From the IMG/VR virus record IMGVR_UViG_3300033121_001607: a stretch of DNA of 20,000 bases. The stretch is one strand, 5' to 3'. The notes beneath the pieces are model-generated. The model did not search any database. It had not been told where the DNA came from and saw only the letters and a program-made list of their open reading frames with translations. Shown in pieces: positions 1 through 9,700 of the stretch. Position numbers and translations under genes: made by a program. Source of the stretch: an uncultured virus (IMG/VR IMGVR_UViG_3300033121_001607). Taxonomy: Duplodnaviria > Heunggongvirae > Uroviricota > Caudoviricetes. Every line of letters begins with the position of its first letter. Position 1 is the stretch's first letter.

Positions 1-2
1 GA

Positions 3-1955
3 AGGACCAAGAACAGAGTAATACAACTGCGTTGGACCAATCCTATCTGACTCCCAAACAATGTGCAAGTTTCCAACGCTATCGCATTTTATCTTAGCAT
101 TCTTATTTTCGCCAAGTTGAGTTAGTTGTTTCCATTGACTATTCTCAACAGATTGACCAACTCTGAATGAATAATAAAATAACTGATAAACACCGTCAAC
201 AGGAGCTTGACAAACAATGTAGGCTATCTCTTCTCCTGTGTCTTCAATCTTTCTGGAAGTTATAACAGGATAAGCGCAGCTTACTTCTCTGTTGAATATA
301 TCATAAACATAAGGTAGGGGATTGACTTCAATTAAATCATTTTCTTGAAGCTCTTTTGTTGAGTCAACAACGACAAACTTTTGACAGTATATGCTTTCGT
401 AAATATTTGGACCAATATCATTGTTGAATCCATCAGGAACTTCTATTCTTATGAGATTATTTACCATGTCCCTGCTAGATATTTCATGAGACTGATAACC
501 AATCTTAGGCGTCAAGAAAACAACAGTATCGCCTGAATCCTTTATCGCAGAAGAATCTACTAGTAGCTCAAGAGTCTTGTTACTCTTTAGCTGAACCTCA
601 AGCGTTCCGCTACCAACATAAACATCCGATCTAATAGTAAATCTCGTGTCAGATTTGATCTCTATAAAATCACCCTGGTCAACAGCTTTGATTGAGTAAA
701 ACCTACAATTTAGATCGTTGTTGACTAGTTCAGTAAATGAAGTTATAAGTTCAGAAAGAGTCCCCAAAATAGTTGTATACTGTATTTCAAAAACAGTTCC
801 GTCATCTATTCTAAATGTAATACCATACTTCTGGTCAACAGCAACTCCGGACGGAGTTACTGTATGGTAAAATTTCGGTGGCTTAAGAATAGAGCCGTCT
901 CTAACAGGATTACCATTGTACTTCAAAGAACTTGGCAAATTAGCAATAAATACCCTGCTAGAAAGAGTCGGGAAGGCGCTCGCATCGCTCTCAAAGGTTT
1001 CTTGAGAACTAAAAACAACGAGGCCAGAGCCGTTAGACAGCAATGTGGAAGAAGTTGAATTGTAAATTCTGCATACAGAATCATTATCTACAGGATACAC
1101 CTCTTTTAACTCGGAGCAAAATCCTATCTTTGAATTGTAAAACTTTGATTCGTCATCAAATATAGACATTGAACCTACAACTGCGCCGTCAATACAGAAA
1201 TCATCAAGTTTTTCAAGGTTCAATCCCTGACCTGGTATTGGATCAAGAATTGCGCATTCAGGAGTTTCTGGATCATTAGTTGCCTGAAGAGCCCTCATCT
1301 CTTCAGGAACAAAATGAATAAAAGAACCAGAATCATACACCTCTGCATGCTTGTCAGCGGGTTTTGAGTACCTAATAGGGAATTTTTGCAATGCGACTGA
1401 AGAAGCGGAAGACCCGGTTAAAATATCTATAGCTCTAAACGAAATAGAACCTTCTCCGCTATAGTTTGACTTAATAACAAACTTTTTATCATTTATGATA
1501 ACATGAAGATTTGAGTTTGGCTGAGTATTAACTCTAATTGTCGCCTTCTCTTGTAAACCGATAAAAGGCGGGTATACCGAAATTCTGTCTCCAGTGTTTT
1601 TCGTTTTTGAACTTTGAACTTGAAAAGCAAATGCCGCAATATCTGACAATCTCCAAGCGCCTGACTCTGATTTTTCTTCTATATTTGCATAAACAGAAAT
1701 AACGCTTGCGGTATCGGCCTCAGAAAGAGCAAGATCAATTCTGCCTGTAACTTCCGCTACAGAACTAATAATGATTTTGTCACCAACGACGCTTCCGCTA
1801 GACAGAGTATTGGGTTTCAATACCCTACCAAATGTGGCGTTTTCAAACCCAATTCGATAAGTCTTTGAAGAAATAAGGCCAGAAATGACAAAAGCAATAG
1901 CCTTTGTTTCTGCTATTGGAGCGCTGAAGGGTTGTAATTTAATTTTAGCGGACAC
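3..1955 (-). CDS. Large putative virion structural protein, partial (>=651 codons, runs off the left edge), with a beta-propeller-like blade near the edge
   Basis: Not in the ORF track because there is no stop in the window. Manual translation from GTG at 1955 gives MSAKIKLQPFSAPIAETKAIAFVISG...; GGAG lies ~10 nt upstream and the start overlaps the end of the glycosyltransferase gene. No in-frame stop in the parts read by hand, ending ...WKQLTQLGENKNAKIKCDSVGNLHIVWESDRIGPTQLYYSVLGP. 'DxxGNLHIVW...QLYY' resembles a propeller blade. Confidence 0.8.
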   Translation of the reverse strand, partial: MSAKIKLQPFSAPIAETKAIAFVISGLISSKTYRIGFENATFGRVLKPNTLSSGSVVGDKIIISSVAEVTGRIDLALSEADTASVISVYANIEEKSESGAWRLSDIAAFAFQVQSSKTKNTGDRISVYPPFIGLQEKATIRVNTQPNSNLHVIINDKKFVIKSNYSGEGSISFRAIDILTGSSASSVALQKFPIRYSKPADKHAEVYDSGSFIHFVPEEMRALQATNDPETPECAILDPIPGQGLNLEKLDDFCIDGAVVGSMSIFDDESKFYNSKIGFCSELKEVYPVDNDSVCRIYNSTSSTLLSNGSGLVVFSSQETFESDASAFPTLSSRVFIANLPSSLKYNGNPVRDGSILKPPKFYHTVTPSGVAVDQKYGITFRIDDGTVFEIQYTTILGTLSELITSFTELVNNDLNCRFYSIKAVDQGDFIEIKSDTRFTIRSDVYVGSGTLEVQLKSNKTLELLVDSSAIKDSGDTVVFLTPKIGYQSHEISSRDMVNNLIRIEVPDGFNNDIGPNIYESIYCQKFVVVDSTKELQENDLIEVNPLPYVYDIFNREVSCAYPVITSRKIEDTGEEIAYIVCQAPVDGVYQLFYYSFRVGQSVENSQWKQLTQLGENKNAKIKCDSVGNLHIVWESDRIGPTQLYYSVLGP

Positions 1956-3051
1956 GGTAAATGTTCTCCATTATCTTTCCAAAAGCATCGGCAGCAACTT
2001 TGTATGTAAAGTTATTATGAACATACTCATACGCTTTATCTGCTTTATTCTTAGCCTCGTCTTGATTTGAATAAACCTTTCTCATAGCGTCCTGAACCGA
2101 CTGAATCGTTATTCGAGGCCATTTCTTATTGGAAAACTGAATGATGTTATCCATATTAGAATGAAGCATAAAACCCGAAGGTTCGATAAGGGTGCATCTA
2201 TCCTCCGAAGCGTAGTCCTGACATCCTGAAAAATTTGTTATAATGATTGGCACTTTAATAGCCATACATTGCAATCCAGGAAGGCCAAACCCTTCGCCTA
2301 AAGTTGGCATAACTAAACAATTGGCTGACTTATAGAAGGACGGTAAATAGGAATCGTCGAATATTCTTCTTTCAAACAAAATGGGAGCAAATTCCTTCTT
2401 TAAGCCAAGAGTTATCTTAATTTTTGCAACTTCCTGAGTTGCGAGTTGGGTCTTGTCTGTTTTTATGATAAGTTGAACATTATCAGAAGACGAGAACTCT
2501 CTACAAAAAGCCTCAATAAGTTCTTGCCATCCTTTTCTTTTCTTCCATGTTCCGGCAAACAAAAAAGTATATCTTTCGTGTTTATCAAGGGGCATTACGT
2601 CTTTATGCCAATTTTCTTTATTAAATGAATGGGGTAAATAAAACATTGGTTTACGAATACCCGCATGCGCGAATATCTTGTAATTGAACAACGAAGGACA
2701 AACGATAGCGTCAAGTCTATTGAGGAGTTCAATCCATTTTTCTGGAGGTTCAAATGTTTCAAAAGTTGCAAATCCAATAGATTTATAAGCTCTTGGTATC
2801 CTCATCTGCATAGGAGGAATACAGTGGTAAACCTGCGTAGCTCTTGGGTTTGGTAATTTTCTAAACAAAGGATCAAGTATAGACAAGGATTTTTTACTAA
2901 ACGACTGCTTGGAAAGACTGCCGTTCAGTGGCACTATTCTAATATCATACTGTTTAGTTTCAAGAAGAGCCGAAACAACGTCAAACGTTGCTTGCCCGTA
3001 TCCTGTTTCGTTGAAAAATCCTATCCACTCAATTGGAATCATTGGGGTCAT
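1945..3051 (-). CDS. Glycosyltransferase, GT-B fold, GT4-like (Glycos_transf_1 type)
   Basis: N-terminal 'GFFNETGYG' loop, 'DAIVCPS', 'FLFAGTWKKRKGWQELIEAF', 'FYKSANCLVMPTLGEGFGLPGLQCMAIKVPIIITNFSG' and a C-terminal 'NNFTY' helix match GT4 architecture. ATGA overlap with the upstream gene at 3048-3051. Confidence 0.92.
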   Translation of the reverse strand: MTPMIPIEWIGFFNETGYGQATFDVVSALLETKQYDIRIVPLNGSLSKQSFSKKSLSILDPLFRKLPNPRATQVYHCIPPMQMRIPRAYKSIGFATFETFEPPEKWIELLNRLDAIVCPSLFNYKIFAHAGIRKPMFYLPHSFNKENWHKDVMPLDKHERYTFLFAGTWKKRKGWQELIEAFCREFSSSDNVQLIIKTDKTQLATQEVAKIKITLGLKKEFAPILFERRIFDDSYLPSFYKSANCLVMPTLGEGFGLPGLQCMAIKVPIIITNFSGCQDYASEDRCTLIEPSGFMLHSNMDNIIQFSNKKWPRITIQSVQDAMRKVYSNQDEAKNKADKAYEYVHNNFTYKVAADAFGKIMENIYRVR

Positions 3052-6000
3052 GTGCTAACAACAACATCGCCCGTAAACTTAGCCCTTACATCGTTTACTT
3101 TGCTGAAAAGGCCTCCGCTTACCTGCCAAACAATGTTACCGTCAGAATCAACCTTAATTATTCTGCCTGCGTTTCCAATAAACGATGTTTCTGCGATAAC
3201 AACATTAGTATTGTCGTCCAAAACAGCGTCTGAAGGATAAGCGTTATCAGAAGCAAAATACTCAAAACTAATAGACTTATCTCTTCTGCTCAAAACGATT
3301 GTCTTACCTCTATAGTTTGCCAACTTTCTTATGGCTTGTTGTTCATAAGTTTCAACGCCATCGCCGCCGTCAGGAGCCGGTAACGGATCTGATTCTTTAA
3401 CCAAACCACTCACAAGAATTTTTTCAGAGTCTATTTCATAGACTGATCCCAAAGTAAAATCTGAGAACGTAAGAACATTATAACTAAAAACAACCTCTTC
3501 ATTATCGAAGTTTATTTCGACTAAGGAAGGAGACTCCTGAGGTGCGTCTACCCCATTACTGTCGTCGGCTGCAACAATGTTCAATATAAGAGTATTGGTC
3601 GTTGTTGCTATTGTTTCGCCCGTATCCGTCTGTATATAAACAGCAGTAAAGACCAACTGCCATGTTCTTATTTGAGTATCATTAGGAGAGTTTAGGCTAA
3701 CTGTTGCGACATTTCCTGGTAAAGGAGCTTCAAAGCTAACGATATCCTGTATTGCAGCAGGAACGTTTCTTTCCCAACGAAGCTCAAACCCGTCACCAGG
3801 AGGATCAACCTCAACCGTAAATGTTGTACTATCTCCAACCTTTAATGTAAGATTTGTAGTTGTACCAGTATCAAGTTCTTCCTCTTCTATCTTAGAATTA
3901 CAAATCATCCAAGTTCCGCTGTTTGTTACATTTGCAAAGACAGGTCTCTTAACGTCATTCATATAAACAAAATCGCCTATAAAGACCAAAAGGCCTCTAT
4001 TCGTGATAAGTCGTCTTGCGCTATCAGGATAAACAAATGGAGTTGGCAAAAACCCAGAAAGAAGGTCTACATATACGTCAAAATTAGGATCTTGAAGCTG
4101 CTCTACCTTGTCGTTTGTAATGCTTATTTCAAGCAACTTAGGGCTCTTACCGGAGTCAAGAATCTTGTCTTGCTCGCCAAAAAGGATACTTGCAGAACCT
4201 ATCCAGAGCCTTATCTTTGTTATATCAACTTTGGTAGAATCAATATCTTGACTAAAAGCAATAGTTAAAACACCCTTTCTTTGGTTGTAAACGGCAGTAA
4301 GAGGATAGAACGAAGAGGAATCGCTAACATTGTGCCCTCCAACGCCTCTAACAAACTCACCGACAGGAGTTACTTCTATAACTCTGTCGTTTTTTGTGTC
4401 TGCAATAATGAAGTTTCTAGTCTCAAGCCTGTAAACGGAGAATGGATTATTAAATCCTGGTGAAAAATCTGGCGAAGCTATATCAATCGCCTGCTGCGGA
4501 GATAACAACGTTCTGAACAAAAGACCCCTGAAACCATAAACAGCCGTTCCTTCAGGATCGTTTTCGTTAACGCCATTTTGATAAATGTAGTATATGTCGC
4601 CTACTGAAATAGGTTCTTGCAAAACAATCTTTGAGTATAGAGGATTAAACTCGTCAACAGTCTGCTTCTGATTAACATAAGAACCCCTATCCCAATCCTG
4701 AGCAGTAGATATAGTAAAACCAGTTATATTAGAACTAACAACAAGTTGTAGTTCAAGACTTTGCAAAGTCGGCGTAAAAGTTCTATCTGGATTAGAAACC
4801 AAAACGACTTCTATCTCTGCGTCAGTTCCATAAAGAGAAAATACATCTCCCGATCTTAGAACAGGAGTGTAGATCGCTCTATTGAGCAAAGACGGAGAGT
4901 TTGCAACCCTAACCCTGACTCTTACGTCGCAGTCCTCTGGAATAAGAGCGTCATAATTGATCGCGCTAAATACAACAGGAACTCCGCTAGAATATCTAAA
5001 TCTGATCAATCCGCTAGGAGGGAATAAACTCTGATTTCGGATAAAGATGTTATCAACCCAAAAAACGTGCTTTGTAACAGTATCGTCTGTATAAAAGACA
5101 ACCTCTCTAATATCATTCTTATCTTCTTCTGAAATATCAAAAACTCGTCTCTCAAAACCATTGAATACTGGATCAACATTATCTGTTATTTCGTCAGGAC
5201 CAAGAACAAGATAAGATTGCGATTGCTTCTTTGTATCCCCCTCGCCATTAATGAAATACATATAAACAGCGCCATGAGATATGGATAGGCTCTTTACGTC
5301 AAGGACGAGTTCGTCATACAAACTCCAATCCCTATTTTGCGTTAATACTCTCTTGTAGATAATCCTAGAATCTCTTTCTGTCTCAAACTTACCGCTATAA
5401 AAGCCTTGGGTTCGCAAAGCAGAAGAGTCTTCCGAAGTTACGCCTATTTTATCCGTCGTTATCTCAACTTGAGTTGTAAAGCCAGGAATCGGAACGCCAG
5501 CCCTAGGGACTTGCTCAAAATCTTCAACTTGATTTGAGCTACTACCGCCCCTTGTAAGAGTGACCGTATCTCTTGCGATTGTTACATTCTGCCTGTCAGT
5601 TGCCGTAAAGAAAGCAGAGTTAGAAGCCCAATAGATAGAAATGATTGAACCGTCTTGAACCGGCTTTCCTGATATACAATGGGTATCAAGACTTATATTC
5701 GCAGTTGTTGCGTCAAAATCGATACCGGCGTCTGGCGTAATACCAGGATAACAAACATGAAGGTTTGGAAAATCAACAAGATCGCTAAGGTTCAGATTCA
5801 TACTATTTGCAAGATAGTGCTGAGCCGTAATAAGTTTCATTGTATTGACAGAGCCAATCTCTCCAAGCAGTTGTCTGTTTCCAGAGCTTATCAATCTTGT
5901 AAAAGAATCGAGAGCAGCATGCGTCAAAAGACCGTTGTTTTCTAAATCATTATGATCAAGCTGCGGCACTCTCTCTGGAGAAAGCCTTCCGCTATTAACC

Positions 6001-6590
6001 TTAGAAGCGTCAAAATCCTCAAGCCTAGCGCCTGGAAGCTGATTGCGAGTTTCCGTTTGCAAATCTATCTTACTTGGAGTTCCTCTGTGCTTATGCTTTG
6101 CAACCTCGTCTTTAATAAACTCAAGGAAGCTAATCTCTTCTCTAAAGTTGAGGTCAATACTTGTTATACCCGTTTCACCAGTTGTTACCCTTGCAAGTCT
6201 AATAGCATTTCTAGAGGGGAGGCTTCTGCTCCATACAAAATCAACTCTTCTTGAGCGAACTGTTCCGCTTGTAAGTATTGCATAGATATCAAACGTTTCA
6301 TTGGGAGGCAAATCTAAAACTTCCCCTGTAGATTCTGTTTGAACAGCAAGCGCGGAAATAATACCCAAACCAGGCGTTATATCAACAGCGATAGTATTGC
6401 TGCCTATATTATCTCTTTCAGTAATAGTCCAGCCGCTTACGACTCCATTACCAAAGACGGCATATAATCCATAAAGCTGCTTATCAATAACAAGAAAACG
6501 GTCAATCTCTTTTTGGACATTGATACCGTCGCCAAGGTCGTCGCCATAGGTAAAATAAGCTAAACCGTAAAATGGAGTTGAACCTGCCAT
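3048..6590 (-). CDS. Putative tail fibre/baseplate-associated receptor-binding protein (fibre-like N-terminus, CBM-like domain, NHL/PQQ-like propeller blades), 1180 aa
   Basis: N-terminal 'GNGVVSGWTI...DITPGLGII', an HxH motif (HKH), and 'DASKVNSGRLSPERVP' and 'HNDLENNGLLTHAALD' fibre-like motifs. 'RDWSLYDELVLDVKS...IREVVFY...FWVDNIFI' resembles a CBM11/galactose-binding-like domain. 'NPFSVYRLETRNFIIADTKNDRVIEV' and 'YPSDAVLDDNTNVVIAET...GRIIKVDSDGNIVWQ' resemble propeller blades. GGAG upstream of the ATG. Confidence 0.65.
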   Translation of the reverse strand: MAGSTPFYGLAYFTYGDDLGDGINVQKEIDRFLVIDKQLYGLYAVFGNGVVSGWTITERDNIGSNTIAVDITPGLGIISALAVQTESTGEVLDLPPNETFDIYAILTSGTVRSRRVDFVWSRSLPSRNAIRLARVTTGETGITSIDLNFREEISFLEFIKDEVAKHKHRGTPSKIDLQTETRNQLPGARLEDFDASKVNSGRLSPERVPQLDHNDLENNGLLTHAALDSFTRLISSGNRQLLGEIGSVNTMKLITAQHYLANSMNLNLSDLVDFPNLHVCYPGITPDAGIDFDATTANISLDTHCISGKPVQDGSIISIYWASNSAFFTATDRQNVTIARDTVTLTRGGSSSNQVEDFEQVPRAGVPIPGFTTQVEITTDKIGVTSEDSSALRTQGFYSGKFETERDSRIIYKRVLTQNRDWSLYDELVLDVKSLSISHGAVYMYFINGEGDTKKQSQSYLVLGPDEITDNVDPVFNGFERRVFDISEEDKNDIREVVFYTDDTVTKHVFWVDNIFIRNQSLFPPSGLIRFRYSSGVPVVFSAINYDALIPEDCDVRVRVRVANSPSLLNRAIYTPVLRSGDVFSLYGTDAEIEVVLVSNPDRTFTPTLQSLELQLVVSSNITGFTISTAQDWDRGSYVNQKQTVDEFNPLYSKIVLQEPISVGDIYYIYQNGVNENDPEGTAVYGFRGLLFRTLLSPQQAIDIASPDFSPGFNNPFSVYRLETRNFIIADTKNDRVIEVTPVGEFVRGVGGHNVSDSSSFYPLTAVYNQRKGVLTIAFSQDIDSTKVDITKIRLWIGSASILFGEQDKILDSGKSPKLLEISITNDKVEQLQDPNFDVYVDLLSGFLPTPFVYPDSARRLITNRGLLVFIGDFVYMNDVKRPVFANVTNSGTWMICNSKIEEEELDTGTTTNLTLKVGDSTTFTVEVDPPGDGFELRWERNVPAAIQDIVSFEAPLPGNVATVSLNSPNDTQIRTWQLVFTAVYIQTDTGETIATTTNTLILNIVAADDSNGVDAPQESPSLVEINFDNEEVVFSYNVLTFSDFTLGSVYEIDSEKILVSGLVKESDPLPAPDGGDGVETYEQQAIRKLANYRGKTIVLSRRDKSISFEYFASDNAYPSDAVLDDNTNVVIAETSFIGNAGRIIKVDSDGNIVWQVSGGLFSKVNDVRAKFTGDVVVST

Positions 6591-6594
6591 CTAT

Positions 6595-6798
6595 TTATGC
6601 TCCGACTCTTCCGCCTCTCGTAACACCAACAACCATAACACCTTCTGCTGCCGTACTGCGAGAAAGCTGGTACATGCCCATACCTCTATAACCCTGTCGG
6701 CTATTCCTAATATCTAAAAAATTCTCAGAAGAATTTCTATCTTTCTTAATTTCATTTTTAACATGCGACCATATAGACGAAACATTATTTTTTGACAT
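6595..6798 (-). CDS. Small hypothetical protein (67 aa), probably virion-associated
   Basis: Fills the gap between two large genes (1-nt and 4-nt spacers); GGAGG lies 6 nt before the ATG. Confidence 0.75.
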   Translation of the reverse strand: MSKNNVSSIWSHVKNEIKKDRNSSENFLDIRNSRQGYRGMGMYQLSRSTAAEGVMVVGVTRGGRVGA

Positions 6799-6799
6799 A

Positions 6800-9700
6800 T
6801 TAACCTCCGTTTAAATTTCCAGAAATAGAGCCGTCTAGTCCAAGACCAATCTCATTAGTATTCCCCCACTGTATATCCTGTCTTGGGAACAACCACAAAC
6901 ACTCAAAATCTTGATACCAAGTATTCTTAGAAGCATCAATTTCACTCTTTATAGAGCTTATTATCAAAGGTTGTTTCTCTCTTGAGCCAAGAGGCTGAAA
7001 TGTTATAACATCAAGAGCCTTTAGCTTATTTCTTCCAATTGCTTTGAAAGAAACCTTTATTGGAGGAATAAACATTCTAGTATAATTTTTGACAATCCAC
7101 TTAACATTATCTGCGCTGCCAAAAATACCGTCCATCTGCAAAAATGGTTTACGATAACCTATGAATCCAGGAGCGTCTGGATCATTAAGAGAAGCATAGT
7201 TTGTGTGACCGGCAACAAAGATCTCTCCATTGGGAGAGGTAGAGATTACTTTGATTTCGTTCATAACATCCTGCACTATTCTTTCAACTTTATAATCACC
7301 GACAATCTGCCTATTCATCTCGGCACTGCCGCCAGCAACCAATTGCTTAGGAGTTGCAAAGAAATCAACTTTACTTAACTGCGCCCAATCTTGTATGGTC
7401 CAGTTAGTTTGAGTTCCAGATTGGCTTCCCCAAATTTCTTGATCATAAGGCAGTGGTTCAAAATGAAAAACGCCAAGCCTATCAAAATAGGCAACCTTAT
7501 TCGATAATAAAGACATCTTCTGTACGGCTTCCCAATAAGGACTACCATCCGCAAATTTCAAGAAAGGAGACTGAAGCATGTCATATGATCCAGGCAAGGC
7601 ATATTCTCTATTATATATCTTGTCTCCATTGAAAAAGAAAGTGTACCACCCGCCTATAGACTCAGATAGGGCAAGAGTTCTAATCAAAGATCCAGGCTCA
7701 AATGTTGAATCATTGTCTTCGCCGTCTCTTAGTCCTGCCATTTGCATAATATCGTATACAGCGTTAACATCTCTCATTCTATCAAAAAACGGAGAATTCA
7801 AAAAGAATTGATCCTTCAAAATCTTTGAATAATCATTAAGTTTGCACTCCAAGACTTTTTTATTTGTTTCTGTAGTAACAACTCCGCCATGACAAAATCC
7901 TGTAAAAACAGTCCTATCTCTTGGATCTGCCGGGGTTGGCATAATACCATCTTCCCACCAAATACTAATCTGCAAATAGAATGTTTTATCAGTAAGCGAA
8001 TAAAGATAGTTAGATTGATTATTCCGAAACTTCATCCCATCGCTTACTAGAAAAGAGATAGATCCAGAATGTTCAAGCGTTTGCCAGTCAGTTTCCGACC
8101 ACTCGTCGCTAAACGAAAGGACATGCTGACTTACATCAACAGGGCTTCTCTCAAATATGCAGTCCTTTGGGGGCACGTATAGCCTAAAATAGTATAAAAT
8201 TGGCGTAACACAATCATTAAGCAACCACCCTGTTCCGGCATTGTCTATAACAGGAAAAAGATAACCACCTGGTAGGGCTGTTATAGCAACTTGAAAAAGC
8301 TTGCTTCTATTAGAAGTCGAACCCTGATCAAGAACGCACTCGGAAGCGTCAACTTCAAGAACAGATTCAAGGTTCAGCCTTGCTCCCGTTCCTCCATTGG
8401 CTTTCATCATATCTGGAGCTTTACCATAATTCCAAACAGCCCTAGGCTGAACGTCTATAGCATATGTTGTGGTTTTTTCAGCAGGACCGTTTGGCTCTGT
8501 TGCATTACCAGACTCTTCTTCTGGAACACCAGACGAACTTTTTTTGGCAGCTATTTCCTTATAAACTCCAGCCTCATTTGTATATTGTTGATTTTCAAGA
8601 TAAACAGTAACATCAGGATCTAAGCTTTTGCCTTTATCTCTGAAAAGAAACTGAACATCCTTAACATCTATTGGTCCTTGTACAGAAAACGGCTGAGGCA
8701 ACACAAACTTATTCAGTTTGGTATACAACATTGGAGAAAAAGTAAACTGACAATTGCGATTTCCCCCCATTATAGCTATCCTACCAAAAGGAATAAGCAT
8801 TTGCACTGTCTTGTAGTTAACTTGACTTTCGCTAATAGGAACATTAATAGGAGTCGAAGAAAGATCTATATCTTTTCTAGATATAACCCAAGGATTGTTT
8901 TCATATCCTGAAAAAGTTACAATGATATTACCGGCATGCTGCCTGACAGAAACCTTAAGTTTTTCTTGCCTTAAAAGAGTTGCAGAAGAAGCTGCGTCGT
9001 ATGTTGAAAGTTTTCTTAGTTTCTTGTTCTTAAAATCATAATCAACGCTTATAATCTCTTTGAGTGGAGCGCCAGTAGCGTCCGTTCGACCTGTATTCTC
9101 ATCGGTGTCTGTTCTGCATTTTTCAGGTTCATTAGAAGTTGAAGTTTTTGGCGGAGGCTGCGTTCTTTGATCGGAAGTATCAGCTTGAACTCTACAAGTA
9201 AGGGTTGGCGATTTCCCGCATTGACAGAAAAATGGAAAATTGTTTTCAGATATAATTAACCAATAGTTATGCAATGGGTCTTCAACACCTATCTCAATTA
9301 TATAATACACTTGCCTACTAAGGTCAAGAGATTTTTTTCTTTCTTCCGCTATTTCACTACTTCTATCTCTAGCAGGATTGAAAAAATCACCTGGATCAAA
9401 AGCTCCACAAATAGAAGTTTCTGTAACAGAGTTGACATCTAAAAATGAAAACTTCTCAAGCATTCTATAAACATTAGACTTATTAGCTATAGCGCTACTT
9501 TCTCTTGCTCCCGTAATAAATTCAACAACAAAATCTTCTCCTTGAAAAACAGGAGTCCTTTTAAGGACTCTCCAATGAGCGCCAGGATTAATTCCGTAGT
9601 AGATATTGCCTCCCGGAGAAAAGAATGGCTTTAGATTTGCTTGGGTAATAACAGCGGCAGGATCGCCTGTTTGAGCAATACCGACCATTGCCGGCATGGC

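Noticed and set aside
843..858. Inverted repeat AACTCCG-GA-CGGAGTT
   Set aside because: Lies inside a long CDS, is a single short copy and has no U-tract; compatible with chance.
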